Below, one piece after another: positions 56,394-64,000 of a stretch of DNA of 64,000 nucleotides. A program made the position numbers and the translations under genes. Source of the stretch: the human T2T-CHM13v2.0 reference genome, Homo sapiens; the NCBI RefSeq assembly GCF_009914755.1, contig NC_060930.1; one strand, given 5' to 3'. The notes under the pieces are model-generated. The model did not search any database and was not told the DNA's origin. It saw nothing but the letters and a program-made list of their open reading frames with translations. Position 1 is the first letter of the stretch. Each line of letters opens with the position of its first letter.

Positions 56394-57281
56394 ACTTCCC
56401 CATTTCTAAAAGCACTCTTTCAGGAAATGATCAGTATGGAATTCCTTTCATTTTTCCCTCCTTCTCAAACCAAATAATTCACAAAGCATATCATTTCAGT
56501 ATATATCACTAAGAGACAATGGCATAATTACAGTATATTTACTGTGCTCCAATACAATAGGAAAGCTTAGAAAAAATGCTGCTCTGTATTTTGCACCATC
56601 TCCTGCCTCTAGGTAGTCTTTTGCATCACATGCTTCTTCATTCTCCAACTCTTAACTTTTTTAAAATCTAAGAATAAATATAGTCCAAGTGTCCCCTTGG
56701 AAACAGCCTCTATGCAGAAATGCTGCAAGAGCAATCCCACTCTCTAACAGAAGTTTTATTCTTAGCATTATTCTTACCTTCTGCAAAGCTTTCAGGCAAA
56801 AAGCTGGAAAGGGTCCTAAGAAAAATGGGGAGGGAAATAGGAATGTGTGTGTGGTTTTTCTGTTCCCCAAGGTTCTGTCACTTTTCTCCTCTTAATTTTT
56901 ACCTCCTGAGTAATCTCATCTCTGCCCATAAGCTTTTCTTGCCCTATGTAAACATCCTTGTTGATATAAGATTATATGCAAAAAAGTATATAAAATATAA
57001 GTTACAGTTCAATGAATTTTCACAAGGTGAATACATTCTAGTAAATGGAACCCAAATCAAGAAACAGAACATAACCTGAAGCTCACAAGATCCTCTGTGT
57101 CACCTTTCAGTCAAAACCCTTCAAGTAAAAGTAACTTCTTGACTTCTAATACACGAGATTACTTTTGAACTTTATATAAATACTATATATTGTGTGTCTG
57201 GTTTCAATTTTATTAGCATCCATTAGTGTTATGTGTAATCAGAGTCTAAATAGTCCATTATTCTCATGGCTGTATTCTATT

Positions 57282-58315
57282 TGTGAACCCAAAATATCTG
57301 AGACAGGTCTCAACCAATTCAGAATATTTATTTTGCCAAGGTTAGGAATGCACTCAAGACACAGACTCAGGAGGTTCTGACCACATGTGCCCAAGGTGGT
57401 CGGGGTATGACTTGACTTTTACACATTTTGGGGAGACATGGGACATCAATCAATATGTGTAAGATGTTCACTGGTCTGACTGAGGTAAGGCAGGACAACT
57501 CTAAACTTCTGTGGGGGAGGGTGGTGGGGAGGCAGGAGGTGGATGTAGGGGAGTTCTTCCAGGTCACAGGTAGATAATAGACAAAAGGTTGCATTCTTTT
57601 GAGTACCTCATCAGCCTTCTACTGAATACACAATTTAGTCTGGCTCAGTGAATCTGCATTTTTACATAAACAATAGGGCAGAGGAAGTAATCAGATGTGC
57701 ATTTGTCTGAAGTTAGCAGAGGGATGACTTGCTTTTTGGGGGCAGGGGAGGGGTGTTTGAGACAGTCTCTCCTTTGTTGCCCAGGCTGTAATGCAGTGGC
57801 ACTATCTCCACTCACTGAAACCTCAGCCTCCCAGGTTGAAGTGATTCTCGTGCCTAAGCCTCCCGAGTAGCTGGGACTATAGGTATATGCCAACATGCCA
57901 AGCTAATTTTTCTATTTTTAGTAAAGACAGAGTTTCGCCATTTTGGACAGGCTGATCTCAAGTTCCTGGCCTCAAGTGATCCACCCACCTTGGCTTCCCA
58001 AAGTGCTGGGATTACAGGTGTGAGCCACCACGCCCAGCCCAGAGGGATGGCTTTCTGTCCAGCACCTATGAACATAAGCTATAGGTTTAAATGTCAGAGT
58101 GAAATTCAACAGAAGTTAGTTTTAGGGTAAAGATCTTAAGGATCACAAGGAATTTCCTTATGGACAAACTGGGAAGGAGGTATGTAGCTCTTTTATCTTT
58201 TCAGCCATCTTATTTAGGAATAATATAGGAGTTAGGTTTACCTGATGTAGTTCCCAGCTTGACTTTTCCCTTGGCTTAGTGATTTTGGGGTCCTGAGATC
58301 TATTTTCCTTTCACA
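57282..58315 (-). mobile_element. MER4A-like ERV1 solo LTR with nested Alu
   Basis: Minus strand starts TGTGAAAGGAAAATAGATCTCAGGACCCCAAAATCACTAAGCC. 4-bp TSD TATT (57278-57281, 58316-58319). Confidence 0.9.
57734..58039 (-). mobile_element. Alu (J/S) nested in MER4 LTR
   Basis: TSD CAGAGGGATGACTTGCT/CAGAGGGATGGCTTTCT. Confidence 0.93.
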
Positions 58316-58482
58316 TATTATATAAATATACCACAATTTATCTATTCTAATCTTAATAGACATTTGGATTATTTCTAGCTTTTGGCATGACTATAGAGTA
58401 GTTATGAACATTTTAGCATGTGTCTTTTGATCAATACATACCCATGTCTGATGGGTATGTATCTAGGAATGAAATTGTTGGG

Positions 58483-58607
58483 TTGGTGTGCTGCGGCCCA
58501 GTCTACACTGATGATTAAACATTTATTTTGCAAGTTGGTTCTTTAAACTATCAGTAGCTTGAAATTGACCATGGTGGGACTACATGACATATCAATCATA
58601 CTCTCTT

Positions 58608-58666
<59 letters not shown>

Positions 58667-58682
58667 ACCAGTATACCACCAG
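58483..58682. mobile_element. MER63-like hAT element containing a (CA)n tract
   Basis: Inverted ends TGGTGTGCTG...CAGTATACCA; GCTTGAAATTGACCATGGTGGGA. Confidence 0.6.
58614..58662. repeat. (CA)~24 microsatellite
   Basis: Uninterrupted AC run. Confidence 0.97.
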
Positions 58683-59019
58683 TTATAATGTATGCATTTG
58701 CTCAACCTTAGAATATACTGTCAGTTTTTTAAAATAGCTGTACAAATGTATATTCCCACAGGCAGTGAAAGCTCCAGTTGCTCCACAAGTATCACTTCTT
58801 CTTTGTTTTTTCTATTTTAGGCATTCTAGTGGATGGTATCTTACTGTGGTTTCATTTTGTGTTTCTATAATGTCTAACGAAGATAAACCCCATTTTCTTA
58901 TGCTTATTGGTCATTTGCATATCATCTTTTGTGAAGTTCCTGTGCAAGCTTTTTGCCCATTATTTCTATTTATTTGCCTTTTTATTAATTTGTTAGAGAT
59001 CTTTTATTCTTCTGCTCAC

Positions 59020-59950
59020 AACTTTCCTAAAACCTACAAGACATGAATCACACATTTCTATCTCTAATTCAGACCTTATGCCTGTACTCCTTAGTATTGC
59101 CTAACAGAAATGCAATCCCTTACCCCTCATTTCTAGATTTATCATAGGCTTCTCAAAATCATTATTTAATCCTGAACTCATACTTCACGTAAAACCCATT
59201 ACTCCTTCTTTCCCTGAACTATTCATTGTATCATCAACCCTGTAATCTATGCCAGAAAACCTCTAAATCAACCCAGTCTCCTTCTCTACCACTATTTGGA
59301 GGTCCGTATGCAATGGCCCTCCAAAATGGTTACTTCCTTCTGATCTTTCCCTCTCCTATTACTAATACAGTTCAAACTTCATTACATATAATCTGAATTA
59401 ATACAACAGTCACCAATTAGTAGCATACTGTTCTTTAGAGTAATGTGGATATGATTATAATCCAATCAGGACATTTCAAATTTAAGGTTTCTCAGTAGCT
59501 GTCTACCAAAAGGATCAAGTCCAAAGCTTTTTTTAAATTCTTACCTAAATCCTGAATCTCTTCTCGTCTGATATCTCTACACAATCAATACAGAACACCA
59601 AATAACCAGAGTCCCACAAATTTACCATGCTATTTTATATTATTGCTTCTCCCCTATATTGTTCTTTCCTCCCTCATTAACCTGGTAAATCCCCAATCAT
59701 TTTTAAAAACTGAATTTCTATATTTCCACCTAAAAGTGATTCCCCAAGTAAAGATAATCACTCCCTTTATTTATCCCAGCTCAGTATACTGCAATAATGT
59801 TCCATTTTAACACATTCCTCAAATCATTTCAATTTTTCATTTGTTTTTCTCAGTTGGAAGGATGCTTCCTGAGAGTATTCTGAGGTACATACTTTGTGTC
59901 ACTAGTGGCTACAGTACTTAATACATAAAAGGTACTTACTTAATAGTTAA
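59020..59950 (+). mobile_element. Degraded L2 fragment
   Basis: Pyrimidine-rich, with L2-like tail ACAGTACTTAATACATAAAAGGTACTTACTTAATAG. Confidence 0.5.
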
Positions 59951-61913
59951 TGAGGGAGAATGTAGGCAAGTAAAAAAAATAACTCATCACGCAGCCAAAA
60001 GGAATGCCACAAACTTGTTTTATAGCTTTAAAAATATATCTAATATGTGAGTTATAAAATGGTATCAGAAACTGACAGAGAACATATAAAGGTTACAATA
60101 CAATATCTGGTTTCCACTTTAAGTCACATGGCCTTCAAGTGACATTTTTACCAAAGTGTTTCCAATGAATACTTACCTGAACACACAGTGGGATGTAATC
60201 CCCTCAAACACATATATTTCAAAAACTTGAGAACAGTATTTCAAAACTTTACCAACTAAGGTGGCTTATAACTACAATATTGAAGATACCAAGACCTTTC
60301 TTAAATCTCCTCAAGGAGACTGAAGTGTAACTCAGATAAATTGTGACCTAATGCATTATATTTTAGAGTGTGACAAAAAAAGTAGCGGGGTGCTTGTCAT
60401 CTTAAAAAATGGTATCTAAGAATAAAAACTTGATGTTATTTTTCCAAGAAAAAAAAGATGTTCTAACTTGCCATCATAAATCTTTGATAGGACCTGCTTT
60501 TAACTGTCATAACTTTATTCTTTCCCTTAATTTCAAATCTGTTATCGTCTTTCTTTGTATCCTCCCTCCCTCCCACCAAAAAAGTCACCAGTTGCCAGCA
60601 GCTATGGTTACCGAATAAAGAATAATGAAAGCACTGGGTGACCTACTTAATGAATTGTGATTAATAAGGTTTGGGTCAATGTGATATACAAAACTAATAA
60701 GCAACTAATAAGGAAAGTGGTCAAATGTTACAAGTTGCAAAATATCTAAATATTTAGTATTTTCAATACTTTAATGTCTTCATCTATTGGCAATTCCATA
60801 CTCCTTTTCCAAAACTCATACAGTATAACTTATGAGACATCATTCCATCCCATCACCTGTTCTGTCAAATTAGAAAATGATACGGTATTAACTGATTCTA
60901 TGGTATTAACAGATTTTAAGGTATCTAAGGCCTCCTGAAGAACTAGAAAGCTAGAGGGAACAATGATCAAACATGATTTTGCAACATTCTAGGATATTTT
61001 CAGTTAATTCAAGGTACCCTGCAAGATTTTTAAAATAAACTTCAAAATAAAAGAATCTAATTAGAACATGGAAATGTTTAGTGACACAATAAAGGCAGAA
61101 TGAAAGTTTATATCACAGATGTTCTCACCACCTAATTTAGTGCAATAATAGGTACTTTACCAGTACTACATAAAATTACCGGGCATGTAGAAGAATGAGA
61201 GGATACTGTGAAACTAAATAAAATTTTTAAATGCCAAAAATTACTGCCATATACTTAAATAATAGATTATTTAATTTTAAACAAATGATTCACTTGAAAT
61301 AATGTTCCTGCAAATATTATTTTCATTCACTGAATATTATTCCCCATATTTAACTTATCTCTTTCCCTTATATAGCTCCATTACCCAAAACTGCAGTCTG
61401 GTTCAAAGACCTATTTCCCTGCTTTCCCAAAGGGAAGTAAAAGTTCTGTCTATGGAAAGGAAGTATTTCTGAAATTATTACCATTAGTTATCTACCATTA
61501 TTGGAAAATGAGCTATCCTGGTCAAATAAACTCTCTCTTTAACTGGAAAGCAAAACTTTCCTGGGCAAGGACAAATTCTGTGGTTGAGAGTTTTCTTGCT
61601 CTAAGGCACACAGAACTGTATTTTTAAATATTTTACCCTGAAGGAGAAATAAAGTGATAAGCATAGAAAATTCAAGTCTACGGAAAATGGAAGCGGGGAA
61701 AAGTTTTACAAATAAAATGTTACCAATTACAAAGTGTGAAGTGGTTATGAAAAAAACACCAAGGATTTTAGACACTTTCTAAGTTATCACTCAAATGTAA
61801 ATATCAAGTTGCCTCAAAATCTCTTAGCTAGTGGAAGCAACTTAAACTAAAAATTTCAGACTTTATTGAGAAATGCCAAGCAATGGGGCTTGAAACAAAT
61901 TGGTTAACCACAC

Positions 61914-62665
61914 TGAGGACTAAGCTCTGATTTTTTAATCTTGCCCAAATTCCCACCTAAGGGGTCTGGGGAGTCATGCCCTACAAACCATAAATTCTCA
62001 TCAGATGGGTTTTATTTAATCCTATATATTGTGACTTACTTTTCAATCTGACTCTGGCATAACATTCTAAGACAAGAAGAAAATATTTAATTCCTAAATA
62101 CATTTCCTTGCCATACCCTGAAATTGCCCTGCGAAGTTTCTTGTGGGAAAAATCCACATTCTACAGAGCCTCCCCTTCCCGCTTTGTTTTCCTTCCTTTC
62201 TTTCCAGATCCAGGAGATAATCAACTAAGAGCCAAGCACCCTTCTAGGTCTGATAAGAAACATTTTACAACCTGCTCTCTCTGAAGTCTGCTGAGAGATT
62301 CCTCTGCACAAAAAAACTTGGTCTCCACAATCCTTTATCTTTAACCTGAACATTCCTTTCTATGGATCCCAGGTCTTTAGACAAACTCAACCAAATGTCA
62401 ACCAGAAAGTTTAAATTTACCTATACCCTGGAAGCACCCCCGCTTTAAGTTGTCCCTCCTTTCTGAACCAAACCAATGTATTTCTTAAATGTATTTGATT
62501 GATGTTTCATGCCTTCCTAAAATATGTAAAACCAAGTTGTACCCCAGCCACCTTGGGCACATGTTCTCAGGACCTGAGGGCTGTGTCACAGGCCATGGTC
62601 ACTCATATTTGGCTCAGAATAAATCTCTTAAAATATTTTACAGAGTTTGACTGTTCACATCAACA
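61914..62665 (+). mobile_element. MER4E-like ERV1 solo LTR
   Basis: TGAGGACTAAGCTCTGA...CATCAACA, AATAAA near 62618, 4-bp TSD ACAC (61910-61913, 62666-62669). Confidence 0.9.
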
Positions 62666-64000
62666 ACACCTATATTCTCATGACAGGATGTATTTATGTT
62701 TGTAATCTCCATTCATAATCATAACCCTCCCATACTCAACCATTATTCTTTCTGTTTCACCTCCCCTTTCACTACCCTTAGACCGAAGTTCAGTGGTCAA
62801 AGTCTATGAGAAAAATAGGAAATATACCAAAATATATCATTCAAAATGAATTCTGAAGCTTTCTTTACTTTTTTAAAGGCAAATTTTTAAAAACATAGTA
62901 ACTGGATTAGCAATTAAGACAAATATTTTCAAACAGGATGGTATTCTTCACTGGATTATTTAAAGTAGGTAAGTAGATATTTAGCTGCATTCTCAGAAAT
63001 AAAAACAGTTATTAGTTTCTTGGCATATGGACCATTAAATTTACATTTATATGTAGACTTTTCTGGCCAAGAAATGGGATCCAAGTGTATAGACATATAT
63101 GCATATGTTAAGAGCATTTGGTAAGAGGTAGTTCTGTAGCAATTCAATGGCTATTTACTGAATTCCTATTAGTGATCACCCCATTGTTAGCGATTTCAGA
63201 GAGAAAGCATCTTTAAAAGTTTTCAGTTTTGTCAGAGAAACAAAATATGCACACATAAAGCAAAAATAACTCAATTATCTAATTGAAAATAGAGCAAAGT
63301 ATCTCCTTTTATTGAGCTCTACTAGAGAGTTCCATTAAATTTAATGTATAATCTTAACTTCATAAAAGGATATCTTTTTTTTTTCCACCAGTAAACCTTT
63401 ATCATGTAGTCTAAGGATTTTCTTTAGGTATAAATGAATCCAATAACATTAAATCAGTGCATGGAATTATGATGCTTTATTGCCCTTCTTTCTAATTTTT
63501 AAAATTCTAAGCAGAAGCACAACCAAAATCAAGCAACATACCAGCTCTGCTAGGGAGTAAAGTAAATATCAAATGTATATACTCACATACATATATATAA
63601 AACCAGAATTATCCTACATATGTGTAACCAGAATTTTTATGGTTATGAAACAGTGCAATACTAGTGTTTCACAGCTATATATTACTTCTATAACAAATGA
63701 CTTTTGTTCACTGAGTTGAAATTTATGTTACATTGCATTTGGCCAGAAAGAAAAGAAACACAGATGTGATGAATGAAGAAAAATACCAGTTGAGTCACCT
63801 AACCAGTACTGAAAAAGTTAAGTTTCAAAATACGGGTATGTTCTATTTCTTAACCTAGATAATGCATCCACAGTTATTTCTTTTGTTGTTGTTCTTTAAA
63901 TTCATCTTATACATTTTACTCTCTAGGTATGTGTGCTACATTTACTTCTCAGGAAACTTTTTCTTTTTAAATAGAAGAGTATCATTCCAAATATTGACAG

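Larger units (their letters stand above)
56950..59000 (-). mobile_element. Old L1M 3' fragment (antisense) split by MER4 LTR and MER63-like element
   Basis: AAATATACCACAATTTATCTATTC, ATGTATCTAGGAATGAAATTGTTGGGT, TTTTGTGAAGTTCCTGTGCAAG. Confidence 0.75.

Overview
Primate (almost certainly human) genomic DNA containing the convergent RNF146/ECHDC1 gene pair, which I recall lies at 6q22.33. On the + strand are RNF146 5'-UTR exons and its large terminal exon, carrying the RING-WWE PAR-dependent E3 ligase CDS (11575-12651) and 3' UTR. On the - strand are all five coding exons of ECHDC1 (ethylmalonyl-CoA decarboxylase). They splice in frame to 301 aa plus stop (220+143+53+81+409=906 nt), and one intron has a GC donor. 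The two 3' ends face each other about 170 bp apart. Neither promoter appears to be in the window. The rest is intron filled with Alu, L1, L2, MIR, solo LTRs and DNA transposons, many with readable TSDs, plus a tailless 5S rRNA retropseudogene. Repeat subfamily names are from memory of consensus sequences, and boundaries without a stated TSD are approximate. I see no convincing new multi-gene system. The best leads are RNA-level. First, the RNF146 start codon is split across an intron (AT|G), so exon choice routes it to the protein, to a 40-codon uORF, or destroys it. Second, a 222-nt ECHDC1 exon flanked by inverted Alus would form a stop-less ORF if circularised.
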